Below, piece by piece: positions 21,578 through 30,715 of a stretch of 47,070 bases of DNA (positions within the stretch are counted from its first letter, which is position 1; every line of letters begins with the position of its first letter). A program made the position numbers and the translations under genes. The DNA is taken from positions 1 through 47,070 of the forward strand of contig CAWGAO010000007.1 in NCBI GenBank assembly GCA_963820595.1, given 5' to 3'. The stretch is from Candidatus Tagabacteria bacterium (GTDB lineage: Bacteria; Patescibacteriota; Minisyncoccia; GCA-002779875). The notes beneath the pieces were generated by a model that saw only the letters and a list, made by a program, of their open reading frames with translations, made no database searches and was not told the DNA's origin.

Positions 21578-21728
21578 CCCCGCCCTTTTGGGCGCGAGAT
21601 GCTATAATAAAACTATGAATACATTGAGTTTAAAAATTATAAAACGGCAATGCGCTCCAACCATAACAGGGTGCACCTATTCGGCGCCCGCGCATTGCGG
21701 AATTGAGCACAGCGCCAAAAGGGCGGGG
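21578..21728. mobile_element. Miniature inverted-repeat element CCCCGCCCTTTTGG...CCAAAAGGGCGGGG
   Basis: 14-bp perfect terminal inverted repeat directly after the hairpin element. Confidence 0.65.
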
Positions 21729-21796
21729 TGCTCAAATTTACAGCCAATCGGTCGACGTTCATTTATCATTCACTTGCCCTCTTGGGTAAATTTGGC

Positions 21797-22844
21797 ATGT
21801 CACAATTCATTTTGATAATTTTAGCGGTTGTCGTTGGCGTTATCGCTGGCGGGGGCTTATTTTGGTTTCTTAGTCAAAAAAAGAAAACGGAAAAAGAGGA
21901 TTCTGGAGCGATTTTAATGCTTCAGGAACAACTTAAGGAAATTCGCGGCACTCTCGATATGAAATTAGGAGAATCAAACCGGGTTATGCAGGAACAATCC
22001 GGACACACGACAAGACTTATAAAAGAAATTACGCAAGAATTGGTAAAAGTAGGGGAGGGACAAAAACAGGTTATGGGTTTTGCGGATCAGCTTCAAAATC
22101 TTCAGGATATTTTAAAAAATCCGAAGCAACGCGGAGTGCTCGGGGAATATTATCTTGAAACGGTATTAAAAAACGTCCTGCCTCCGAAAAGTTACCAAAT
22201 GCAGTATAAATTCAAAGACGGAGAAATTGTCGACGCGGTTGTTTTCGTTAAAGATAAAATTATTCCCATTGATTCAAAATTTTCTTTGGAAAATTACAAC
22301 AGGATTTTGGGTGAACGAGATCCTATGGAAAAGGAAAAATTGGAGAAAGCATTCAAGATGGACCTCAAAAATCGTATTGACGAAACCTCTAAATATATCA
22401 GGCCTCAGCGAAGATACAATGGATTTCGCTTTTATGTTCATTCCTGCGGAAGCGATTTATTACGATTTGCTCGTTAATCAGGTTGGCGCGATAAAAACCA
22501 ACACGAAAGATTTGATTGAATACGCTTTTAATGAAAGGCATGTGATTATTGTTTCGCCGACTTCATTTTTGGCTTATTTACAGACCGTTTTACAGGGTTT
22601 GCGCGCCTTGAAAATTGAAGAATCGGCAAAAGAAATTCGCAAAAAAGTGGAGGATTTAGGAAGGCATCTTAATTCGTACCAGCAGTTTATAGTAAAAGTA
22701 GGCAGTGGTTTGGGAACAACTGTTAATGCATATAACAGCGCGAATAAAGAGCTCCAAAAAATAGACAAAGATGTTTTGCGTATCACGGACGAAAACTTCG
22801 GCGCAGAGCAGGCGTTGCTAGACAAGCCCGAAGAAATCGAGTAA
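21797..22844 (+). CDS. rmuC: DNA recombination protein RmuC (frameshift near 22400)
   Basis: KNPKQRGVLGE, PIDSKF, TMDFAFMFIPAEAIY, VSPTSF. Confidence 0.9.
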
Positions 22845-22856
22845 CATTCAATTTAT

Positions 22857-23177
22857 ATGAAAACCGATAAATTCGCAGTGATAGAAACAGGAGGCAAGCA
22901 GTATTTGGTAAAACCCGGCGACGTTGTTCGGGTAGAGCGCGTTGAAAAATCTAAACGGGGGGACATTGTTCATTTTGAAAAAGTTCTTCTTTTGGTAAGT
23001 GAAGGTGAAATCAAAGTAGGTAATCCTTATATCAAAGGCGTGAAAATTGACGGTAAATGGCTAAAAGAGGAAAGAGGGAAAAGAATAGTCAATCTAAAAT
23101 ATCATTCAAAAACACGGCAGCAAACAAGAAAAGGCCACCGGCAGATTTATGCCAAAATCGCAATAAGTGAATTCTAA
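22857..23177 (+). CDS. rplU: 50S ribosomal protein L21
   Basis: FAVIETGGKQY, KGHRQ. Confidence 0.95.
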   Translation: MKTDKFAVIETGGKQYLVKPGDVVRVERVEKSKRGDIVHFEKVLLLVSEGEIKVGNPYIKGVKIDGKWLKEERGKRIVNLKYHSKTRQQTRKGHRQIYAKIAISEF

Positions 23178-23214
23178 ATTTAAAACCCCGGCGTACGCCG
23201 GGGTTTTAAATTTA
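23175..23214. terminator. Perfect 40-bp palindrome, likely a bidirectional terminator between convergent rplU and recR
   Basis: TAAATTTAAAACCCCGGCGT|ACGCCGGGGTTTTAAATTTA. Confidence 0.75.
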
Positions 23215-23237
23215 AACTTTCCGCATTATTGAATTGT

Positions 23238-23279
23238 GCTCCGACACAATTTGTCCATATGGACAAATTGTGTCGGAGC
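23238..23279. repeat. Perfect 42-bp palindrome
   Basis: GCTCCGACACAATTTGTCCAT|ATGGACAAATTGTGTCGGAGC. Confidence 0.9.
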
Positions 23280-23312
23280 CAAGGTTTTATTTTACTCTCC
23301 TTGAGCAAAACC

Positions 23313-23933
23313 TCATTTCCTGTTTTCAAGAGCATTTTTCAGGGTATCTCGATCGATGTATTCCAATTCGGTTCCGGTTGAAAGGCCGCGGCCAAAGCGG
23401 CTGATTTTAACCGAGTATTTTTTGGAAAGCGGTTCGAGAATTTTTTCGATATAGCGCGTCGTATTATCTCCTTCGGCCGTAGCGTTAAACGCCAAAATTA
23501 TTTCTTTAAGAAGTTCTTTTTTCGAGTCCTGTTCTGTGCGGGCATATAGTTCTTTAAGATGGATATTTTCCGGGATTGTTTTTCCAAACGGAATGACATC
23601 ACCTAAGATGAAATAACAGCCATTATAAACGCCGGTTTTTTCAATGTTTTCCAAATCCGTATCTTTTTCTACCACCATGAGGCGGGAATCATCTCGATTC
23701 GGATCACTGCAGGGACGGCATAGATTTTCGCTGGTATTGCCGATATAGAAACGAAAGCAACGGCTGCATTGATTTGCGTCTTGTTTTAACTTGAGAAGCG
23801 TTTCGCTTAAGCCTTTTATAAATGCGGGGTCTTCGCCAAGAAGCCAGTAGACAAAACGTTGGGCTTGTCGGGGCCCAATGCCGGGAAAACGCTCAAAATA
23901 TTCTTTCAGTTTTTGGATTGAATTAGAAGACAT
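23313..23933 (-). CDS. recR: Recombination mediator RecR
   Basis: FPGIGPRQAQR, C4 zinc finger, EIILAFNATAEGDNT, GTELEYID. Confidence 0.94.
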   Translation of the reverse strand: MSSNSIQKLKEYFERFPGIGPRQAQRFVYWLLGEDPAFIKGLSETLLKLKQDANQCSRCFRFYIGNTSENLCRPCSDPNRDDSRLMVVEKDTDLENIEKTGVYNGCYFILGDVIPFGKTIPENIHLKELYARTEQDSKKELLKEIILAFNATAEGDNTTRYIEKILEPLSKKYSVKISRFGRGLSTGTELEYIDRDTLKNALENRK

Positions 23934-25311
23934 TATCTTCTTTGATATTTTTTTCTGGGTCGTCAAAACTACTTATCTTGTCTTGAAAATATAATTCAAC
24001 TATTCCTGTCGGTCCGTTTCTATGCTTTTCAACGCGAATCTCGGCAAAATTTTTTCTATCGCTTTTTTCATTATATTTATCTTCTCTATGAATAAACATA
24101 ACAAGATCAGCATCCTGTTCAATTGAGCCTGACTCGCGCAAATCTGAAAGCCTGGGAATGCCTCCAGGGCGTTGTTCAACTGCGCGGCTTAGCTGGGAAA
24201 TCGCCAATACAGGCACATTTAATTCTCTAGCTAGGGATTTAAGGGCGCGGGAAATCTCTGTCATTTGCTGGACTGGATTATTTATTTCATGGCGAGGCGT
24301 GATCAATTGGAGATAGTCTATAATCAAAAGTCCTAATCCGCTTTTGTGCTCGTGGGCGATATCGTTTTGTAGTCGGCGGGCCATGGCGCGTATCTGGAGA
24401 ACGGTAAGCGAAGGCGCATCCTCAAAATAAATAGGAGCTTTGGAAAGTCTGCCTAGGGCATTTTGAAGGCTGGAAAACTCATATTTTTCCGTCAGGCTGC
24501 CGGTTCTTAATTTCCATGAATCAACGCGCGCCTCGGCAGCTAAAAGACGGTCAATCAGCTGCTGGGCAGACATTTCTAAGCTGAAAAAGCCAACCGGAAT
24601 ATTGTAGTCGCAGGCGGCATGGCGGGCGATATCAAGAGCTAAAGAGGTTTTTCCCAAAGACGGCCGGGCAGCTAAAACAACGAAATCGGCTTTTTGCAAA
24701 CCGTCTATAAGATTATCTAGACGCGTGAAACCGGTGGGAACACCGCGCGTTTTACTTTCTCCTTTATGTAGTTTATCTATGCGTTCCCAGGCTTCATCCA
24801 GTGCCGTCTTTAGATTTATAAAATTTTGGCGGAGAGAAATGTTCGCAATGTGATAAATTTTTTGCTCCGCTTCGTCCAAAAGGTAATCCAGGTCCTCATC
24901 CTCTTTATATCCCAATTGATGAATGTGATTTGCAGCCTCTATTAAATGTCTCAATATACTTTTTTTCCGGACGATTTCGGCATAATGTTTGGCGCTGGAG
25001 GCGCTTGGTACGCCGTTTACCAATTCGGTGAGATAAGTGTGGCCGCCTACTTTATCAAGTTGCTTCTTTTCTTTTAAACGGCTTCCGACCGAGCGAATAT
25101 CGAGAGGAGCCTGCTGGCCGAACAAATCGAGCATTGTATTGTAAATCAAATGGTGATCTTCGCGGTAAAAATCCTCGGGATTCAAAACATCCACAATTTG
25201 CAATATTGCGTTTCCGTCAAGCATTAGGGCTCCCAAGACGGCCATTTCCGCCTCAAGATCTTGGGGCGGCATGCGAAGATATGATATTGCGCTTGCTTTT
25301 TGGTCAGCCAT
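23923..25311 (-). CDS. dnaB: Replicative helicase DnaB
   Basis: PPQDLEAE, AARPSLGKT, IIDYLQL, SDLRESGSIEQDAD, KHRNGPTG. Confidence 0.97.
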   Translation of the reverse strand: MADQKASAISYLRMPPQDLEAEMAVLGALMLDGNAILQIVDVLNPEDFYREDHHLIYNTMLDLFGQQAPLDIRSVGSRLKEKKQLDKVGGHTYLTELVNGVPSASSAKHYAEIVRKKSILRHLIEAANHIHQLGYKEDEDLDYLLDEAEQKIYHIANISLRQNFINLKTALDEAWERIDKLHKGESKTRGVPTGFTRLDNLIDGLQKADFVVLAARPSLGKTSLALDIARHAACDYNIPVGFFSLEMSAQQLIDRLLAAEARVDSWKLRTGSLTEKYEFSSLQNALGRLSKAPIYFEDAPSLTVLQIRAMARRLQNDIAHEHKSGLGLLIIDYLQLITPRHEINNPVQQMTEISRALKSLARELNVPVLAISQLSRAVEQRPGGIPRLSDLRESGSIEQDADLVMFIHREDKYNEKSDRKNFAEIRVEKHRNGPTGIVELYFQDKISSFDDPEKNIKEDNVF

Positions 25312-25353
25312 GTGATTGATTTTTAAGGAGTGAAACGACTATAAAAATCATCA

Positions 25354-25462
25354 CCCCCTCTTTTAACCCCGATAACATAAATTGATAATTTAATTGTTCT
25401 AATTTGCGGAATTTTTTAATTTAGTGCCAGTTTTATAAGAATTACGGGTGTAAAAGAGGGGG
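25354..25462. mobile_element. Miniature inverted-repeat element CCCCCTCTTTTA...TAAAAGAGGGGG nested inside an outer CGACTATAA/TTATAGTCG stem
   Basis: 12-bp terminal inverted repeat, AT-rich core, preceded by TCA. Confidence 0.6.
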
Positions 25463-25479
25463 TTAGAAAATTATAGTCG

Positions 25480-26851
25480 CTAACGCTCCTTAATTTTCAT
25501 AATTTCTGTTCCTATATTAGTATCTTTAACTATCCAGCCTTTTTTTTCAAGTTCTTCGCGGATGGCGTCGGCTTCTTCCCACTTTTTTTCTTCGCGAAAT
25601 CGTTTCCGTTTCTCGGCTAGAGTCCTTATTTCGGCAGGAATTGAAAAAGATTCGATTTTCCCCAATCCTAAACCCAGAATCCTGTCGAATTTTAAGATAA
25701 GTTTTTGTTTTTCCATTGTATTAATCGCTGAATGTCTGACGGTTTCCCAAATAATTGATAGCGCTTGAGGCATATTTAGGTCGTCATTCGCAGCTTTTAA
25801 AAATTTTCCTTCCAGTTGGCGCGAGAGCAGGGGATTAGGTTTGGTTTTTTTGTTTTCAATTTTAATATTTGGGATGGCTTGTTTCAGATTATTCAGTGCG
25901 TGCTCCGCCGCTTCCAGCGATTTCCAGGTGAAATTCAATTGCGAACGGTAGTGACTTGTGAGAATAAGATAACGGAAGGCGAGGGGATTGAATCCTCGCT
26001 TTTCGATTTCGTTTAAAGTGTAAAAATTTCCGAGCGATTTCGACATCTTTTTGCCGTCAACCAGAAGATGCTCGCCTTCTATCCAAAAGTTTACGAATTT
26101 TTTTCCTGTGGCGGCTTCCGACTGGGCAATTTCATTTTCGTGGTGAGGAAAAATCAAGTCCACCGCGCCCGCGTGAATGTCAAAACTTTTTCCCAAATAC
26201 TTCATGCTTATTGCCGAGCATTCGATGTGCCAGCCCGGCCGGCCAGGCCCGAAAGGGGAGGGCCAAGACGGTTCATTCGGCTTTGTCGATTTCCACAGCG
26301 CGAAATCAGCTGCTTGCCGTTTGCCGTAACTCGTCAGAACTTATGCGCGCTCCGTTTTTAATCTTACGCTGTTCTAATTGCGAAAGTCGGCCATAATTTT
26401 TGAATTTCGAAATATCGAAATAAATTGAGCCGTCATTTCCTTTATAAGCATACCCTTTTTCTAAAAGCACGTTTATTAATCGGATAATTTCTTTAATTGT
26501 TTCTGTCGCTTTTGGATATGCGGTTGCTTTTTCAACGTTGAGATTTTTTAAATCATGAAAGAAAATTTTAATAAGCGGTTCGGTGATTTCTTTAATGGGT
26601 TTATTTTCCCTTTGCATTTTTTTAATGATTTTATCATCGACATCGGTGATGTTCATTATATGTTTTACTTTGTATCCGTTATAAATCAAAACTCGCTTTA
26701 GAATGTCTTCAAAAATATAGGTGCGCAGATTTCCTATGTGAGCTGTGTCGTAAACGGTCGGGCCGCAGGTGTAAATACCCACTTTTTTATCGTGAAGCGG
26801 TTTGAAAATTTCTTTTTTGCGGGTAAGAGTGTTGTAAATTTTTATTTCCAT
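25480..26851 (-). CDS. cysS: Cysteinyl-tRNA synthetase (frameshift near 26310)
   Basis: CGPTVYDTAHIGN, NITDVDDKI, DLIFPHHENE, KMSKSLGN. Confidence 0.94.
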
Positions 26852-26944
26852 TACACAAACAGTATATCATCATAGAAATCAGCTTTCAAAAATAAATTGG
26901 GTTTAAACGGTGAATATTTTGTTGATTATATTTGATTATATTGA

Positions 26945-27003
26945 CCCCGCACCTTTCGGTAATTAAAACCTTAATTATGTTCTTAATTTAGAAAGGTGCG
27001 GGG
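26945..27003. mobile_element. Miniature inverted-repeat element CCCCGCACCTTTC...GAAAGGTGCGGGG flanked by TTGA(C)
   Basis: 13-bp terminal inverted repeat; TTGAC at 26941 and 27004. Confidence 0.7.
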
Positions 27004-27032
27004 TTGACCCGCTAATTACTTTTTGCGATAAT
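27004..27032 (+). promoter_or_regulatory. Promoter of the S41 peptidase gene, probably leaderless
   Basis: TTGACC-17 nt-GATAAT, with ATG 7 nt downstream. Confidence 0.6.
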
Positions 27033-27039
27033 AGACGAT

Positions 27040-28254
27040 ATGTTATCCAAGTCCGTAAAAAGGGCCATGTTGTTGGGATTAATCGTAGCGCTTATGGCGG
27101 CTGTTTTTGTAGTGGGCGTCTATTTCGGGTATTCCAACCGGCCAGCAATCGACAAGGTAACCGTTTTATTAAATAAGGAGGCCGAAAAGCCTCCCCAGAT
27201 TGATTTTTCGCCTTTCTGGGCCGTCTGGAATGATATTGAATCGAAATATGTGGGCCGTAATGATTTAGACCGTCAAAAAATGGTTTGGGGCGCGGTAGGC
27301 GGCATGGTGAAGTCTCTAAACGATCCTTACACGGTGTTTTTCCCGCCCAAAGAATCAGAACTTTTCGAGAGCACCGTTAAAGGGCAATTTTCCGGAGTAG
27401 GATTTGAAATCGGCATACGCGACAACATACTAACAGTGATTACGCCGCTGAAAGATACGCCTGCATATCGTGCAGGAATCAAGGCGGGCGATAAAATTTT
27501 AAAAATAAACGGCACCTCGACCGTGGACATGGCCGTTGACGAAGCAATTTCTCTTATAAGAGGGGAGATTGGTACGCAAGTTTCTCTTACTATCGGTCGC
27601 GAAGGGGAAAAAGAACCTCTCGAGTTTAAAATTACTCGCGATACAATCAACATTCCTATCGTAGATACCGAAAAAAAAGCAGGAGGGATTTTTGTGATAA
27701 GTCTTTATAATTTTTCGGAAAATTCTCCCGATGCTTTTCGGAATGCTTTGCGTAAAATGATAGATTCGGGAAGTTCCAAACTGATTCTTGATTTGCGGGG
27801 AAATGCCGGCGGGTATCTTGAAGCGAGCGTAGATATTGCCAGCTGGTTTTTGCCGGTCGGCAAAGTGGTTGCAATCGAAGATTTCGGAAATCATGACCAA
27901 AACGATTACAGGAGCAGGGGCTATGATATATTTAAGAATTTACCTTTTGTCGTTTTGGTAGATAAGGGCAGCGCTTCGGCTACGGAAATACTCGCCGGAG
28001 CTCTGCAGGATTACAAACTCGCTACTCTGGTCGGAGAAAAAACTTTTGGCAAAGGTTCGGTTCAGGAATTATTTTCCGTTACGAACGACACCTCCGTTAA
28101 AGTGACCATTGCGCGTTGGCTCACTCCCAATGGCCGTTCCATTTCCGAAAAAGGCCTGACGCCCGATGTGGAGATAAAAGTGACCGATAAAGATATCAAA
28201 GCGGGCAATGATTCCCAAATGGCAAAAGCGATAGAAATATTAAATAGCAAATAA
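27040..28254 (+). CDS. ctpA: Carboxyl-terminal processing protease (S41 family, PDZ)
   Basis: LDLRGNAGG, SASATEILAGAL, KTFGKGSVQ, TIARWLTPNG. Confidence 0.92.
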   Translation: MLSKSVKRAMLLGLIVALMAAVFVVGVYFGYSNRPAIDKVTVLLNKEAEKPPQIDFSPFWAVWNDIESKYVGRNDLDRQKMVWGAVGGMVKSLNDPYTVFFPPKESELFESTVKGQFSGVGFEIGIRDNILTVITPLKDTPAYRAGIKAGDKILKINGTSTVDMAVDEAISLIRGEIGTQVSLTIGREGEKEPLEFKITRDTINIPIVDTEKKAGGIFVISLYNFSENSPDAFRNALRKMIDSGSSKLILDLRGNAGGYLEASVDIASWFLPVGKVVAIEDFGNHDQNDYRSRGYDIFKNLPFVVLVDKGSASATEILAGALQDYKLATLVGEKTFGKGSVQELFSVTNDTSVKVTIARWLTPNGRSISEKGLTPDVEIKVTDKDIKAGNDSQMAKAIEILNSK

Positions 28255-28260
28255 ATGAAT

Positions 28261-28381
28261 CCCGTTAGAGATCCAAACTTTGAAATTCTAACGGAAAATA
28301 AAATAGAAATAATATGATTACAATGAGAAATTATAAATTAAGTTTTACGGGAATGCTAAAGCATTTCCTATCTCTAATGGG
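28261..28381. mobile_element. Miniature inverted-repeat element CCCGTTAGAGA...TCTCTAATGGG
   Basis: Terminal inverted repeat with one mismatch, preceded by ATGAAT; tandem with the next element. Confidence 0.65.
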
Positions 28382-28386
28382 AGAAT

Positions 28387-28506
28387 CCCGTTAGAAGCCG
28401 CGGTCGCGTAGTGTAAATATATATACCATTAATATGAAAGAAAAATGTTTAAATTATCAACGATATAATTATTTGCAGGTGCCGACCGCGACCTGCTTCT
28501 AACGGG
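28387..28506 (+). mobile_element. Miniature inverted-repeat element abutting the rplI start codon
   Basis: CCCGTTAGAAGC...GCTTCTAACGGG|ATG; highly similar to the reverse complement of 44395-44512. Confidence 0.85.
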
Positions 28507-28953
28507 ATGAGGATTATTTTATTACAAGATGTGCCGGGAATCGGCAAAAAATGGGAAACAAAAGAAGCAAAGGGCGGATACGCGCGGAATTTTCTATTAG
28601 CCCGGAAGTTGGCTGTTTTGGCAACTCCGGCATCATTGAAAGACGCCGAATTAAAAAAGGCGCAGGAATTTAAGAAGAGGCTTGTTCAGGAAGATTTATT
28701 CGAGAAATTACTTGAATCGCTGAAGGACGCCGTATTTGTTGTCGAAAGAAAAGTGAACGAAAAAGGACACCTGTTTGACGGATTTGATGTCAAAGAAATC
28801 GCCGGGCTCCTTGAAGAAAAATTGAAGGGCAAAATTCCTCTTGAGTATATCAAGCTTGAAAAACCCATCAAAGAGATAGGCAAACACGAAATAACGGTCC
28901 AAAAAGGAGACCGTAAAGCAACTTTCCAACTTGAGGTTAAGCCTGAAGAATAA
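28507..28953 (+). CDS. rplI: 50S ribosomal protein L9
   Basis: MRIILLQDVPGIG, GYARNFLL, PIKEIG. Confidence 0.95.
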   Translation: MRIILLQDVPGIGKKWETKEAKGGYARNFLLARKLAVLATPASLKDAELKKAQEFKKRLVQEDLFEKLLESLKDAVFVVERKVNEKGHLFDGFDVKEIAGLLEEKLKGKIPLEYIKLEKPIKEIGKHEITVQKGDRKATFQLEVKPEE

Positions 28954-28956
28954 GTT

Positions 28957-29229
28957 TTATTCCACGCTGACTAAGGGCAAAGTTTTCTTTTTTCCGTCAA
29001 AGTTTGTTTTTCGTTTTGTGGAAAATTTAACAATTCCGCTGGCAATAGAATAAAGCGTGTCATCTCTGCCTTGGCAAACGTTTTTACCGGCGAGTATTTT
29101 TGTTCCCCGCTGGCGCACCAGGATGGAGCCGGGTTTCGCCGGTTGGCCCGCGAAAAGCTTCACTCCTAAAAATTTAGGTTGTGAATCCCGAACATTTCTA
29201 GTTGTGCCTCCAGATTTAGTATGTGCCAT
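28957..29229 (-). CDS. rpmA: 50S ribosomal protein L27
   Basis: [26 protein letters not shown]. Confidence 0.96.
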   Translation of the reverse strand: MAHTKSGGTTRNVRDSQPKFLGVKLFAGQPAKPGSILVRQRGTKILAGKNVCQGRDDTLYSIASGIVKFSTKRKTNFDGKKKTLPLVSVE

Positions 29230-29340
29230 AATTTCTAAATTTTAGAATAAAATTTGTGAAATTATGAGCACCCCGCCATCGGCGGGGTAGCCATAAGTTT
29301 CCAAAGATTTGAGCATCCCGCCGAAGGCGGGATAGCCATG
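29225..29340 (-). repeat. Tandem hairpin repeats upstream of and overlapping the rpmA start
   Basis: Two copies of GAGCA(C/T)CCCGCC-N4/N3-GGCGGG(G/A)TAGCCAT, plus a long AT-rich stem that includes the rpmA ATG. Confidence 0.7.
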
Positions 29341-29350
29341 AATTTACAAT

Positions 29351-29779
29351 ATGTCTAATTTATCAGACGAAATTAAAAAAGTCAACCCATTCGACAAGCT
29401 CAGGGTTGTTAAGGCAAAAATAAAGCCTTTTGAGAGCGATTTAGTCATTATAATAGTCATTATTTTGGTTGCCTTAATTAGTTTTGGTTTAGGGCAGGCT
29501 TTCGAGCTTGAGAGAAAATAAAACGCCAATCACTATTGAAAATATCGAAAATAACAGTTTCAGCGTGTCCGAAGCGGGGAATAGTAGCTTCAAGCACTGC
29601 CAAAATAATAGCACAAGGAGAAAAAATGCTCGTGGCCAGTAAGAATGGTGCCAAATATTATTATCCCGTGGTGTTCCGGTGCTTCGCGCATCAAAGAAGA
29701 AAACAAAGTTTGGTTTTCTTCAATCGAAGAAGCTGAAAAAGCCGGCTACACCCCGGCTGCCAACTGCAAAGGCCTGTGA
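29351..29779 (+). CDS. Membrane-anchored protein with C-terminal Ada metal-binding-like domain (frameshifted)
   Basis: TM helix, then VASKNGAKYYYP + WCSGASRIKEENKVWFSSIEEAEKAGYTPAANCKGL across frames. Confidence 0.75.
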
Positions 29780-29819
29780 AATTTTCTTTTCAGCTAAACC
29801 TAGTTTAGGTCAATCGGAG

Positions 29820-29875
29820 TTGACTTTTTTAATCATTCTTGATACAATGTAGCCAAACAAAATTTGGTTATTTTG
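29820..29875 (+). promoter_or_regulatory. Repeated cassette promoter, copy 1
   Basis: TTGACT-17 nt-TACAAT plus conserved GTAGCCAAACAAAATTTGGT. Confidence 0.8.
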
Positions 29876-29922
29876 ACATCAAAAAATCTATTTTTGGAAG
29901 GAGTGGGGAAATGTCAAATTGA

Positions 29923-30129
29923 TTGAAAGCAATTTTTATCACTATCATTTGTGGTCTTTTGGCGCTTGGTGGGGTATGGGTAATTGAGCCGAGTAAAGAT
30001 GCTGTAGTTGTTTGGGCAATTTTCTTTTCGGTATGCATGTTGGGTTATGAAGGTTTGATTCTTCGCCGTTTATACAAAGAAAAGGAAGTCGAGGATATCC
30101 GGAATGGGAACAGACCTATTGAACCTTAA
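29923..30129 (+). CDS. Small two-TM hypothetical protein
   Basis: Two hydrophobic helices; the SD and ATG at 29911 are followed by an in-frame TGA, so the start is uncertain. Confidence 0.5.
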   Translation: MKAIFITIICGLLALGGVWVIEPSKDAVVVWAIFFSVCMLGYEGLILRRLYKEKEVEDIRNGNRPIEP

Positions 30130-30201
30130 TCATTCCAACCATCGGCAACAAAACAGAAATTGGTTGTTTTGAAAATCTCAAAGAGAGGGAGGAGAAAAGA
30201 G

Positions 30202-30519
30202 ATGATAGTTATGACTGTTCAGGGTGTTTCAGATTCGTATGGCAAAAGAAGGTTGTTAAAATTGTGTTCCACGTTGTGCGGATTGGTGCAGGGGGAGTTG
30301 TATATTCGTTGCGGAGTACGCAGGGTTTCGGCTTTCTTTCCCCCCGATCTTCTGCAAGGAGGATTGGGTGAAGAAATCATCGCTACGGTGGAAAATTTCA
30401 CCGGGCGTACGATTTGTCTCGAGCCTTATCTTCGAGAGAGGATTGAGGGGTTAATAAAAGACAAAATCGCATGGTATTTCCCCGATGCAAAGTTCATTGG
30501 CGCCAAAGTGAATTTTTAA
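30202..30519 (+). CDS. Hypothetical protein
   Basis: GGGAGG SD upstream of ATG 30202; VSAFFPPDLLQGGLGEEII. Confidence 0.6.
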   Translation: MIVMTVQGVSDSYGKRRLLKLCSTLCGLVQGELYIRCGVRRVSAFFPPDLLQGGLGEEIIATVENFTGRTICLEPYLRERIEGLIKDKIAWYFPDAKFIGAKVNF

Positions 30520-30584
30520 AATCGCACGAATCCCACGATTAAAAGCGGATCGCGGCCAAAAGCCACATAAAATGTGGCAGGCCA

Positions 30585-30610
30585 ACATCCGCTTTTTTGT
30601 TTTCCTCGGG
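30585..30610. repeat. Direct repeat, copy 1 (ACATCCRCTTTTTTGTTTTCCTCGGG)
   Basis: 25/26 identical to 31115-31140. Confidence 0.9.
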
Positions 30611-30628
30611 CTAGAAAAATCTGCGATA

Positions 30629-30685
30629 TTGACTTTTTTAATCATTCTTAGTATAATGTAATCAGATAAAATTTGGTGGTTTTTT
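30629..30685 (+). promoter_or_regulatory. Repeated cassette promoter, copy 2
   Basis: TTGACT-17 nt-TATAAT with the same spacer and leader as 29820 and 33665. Confidence 0.8.
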
Positions 30686-30715
30686 GACACCAAAATCCGC
30701 AAAAAGGGGGATATT

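Noticed and set aside
29911-29925. In-frame TGA after an SD and ATG, suggesting UGA recoding (genetic code 25)
   Set aside because: TGA is the normal stop of rseP, lysS, ftsI and recR here, and conserved genes show no internal TGA. A single case is more likely an error or mutation.
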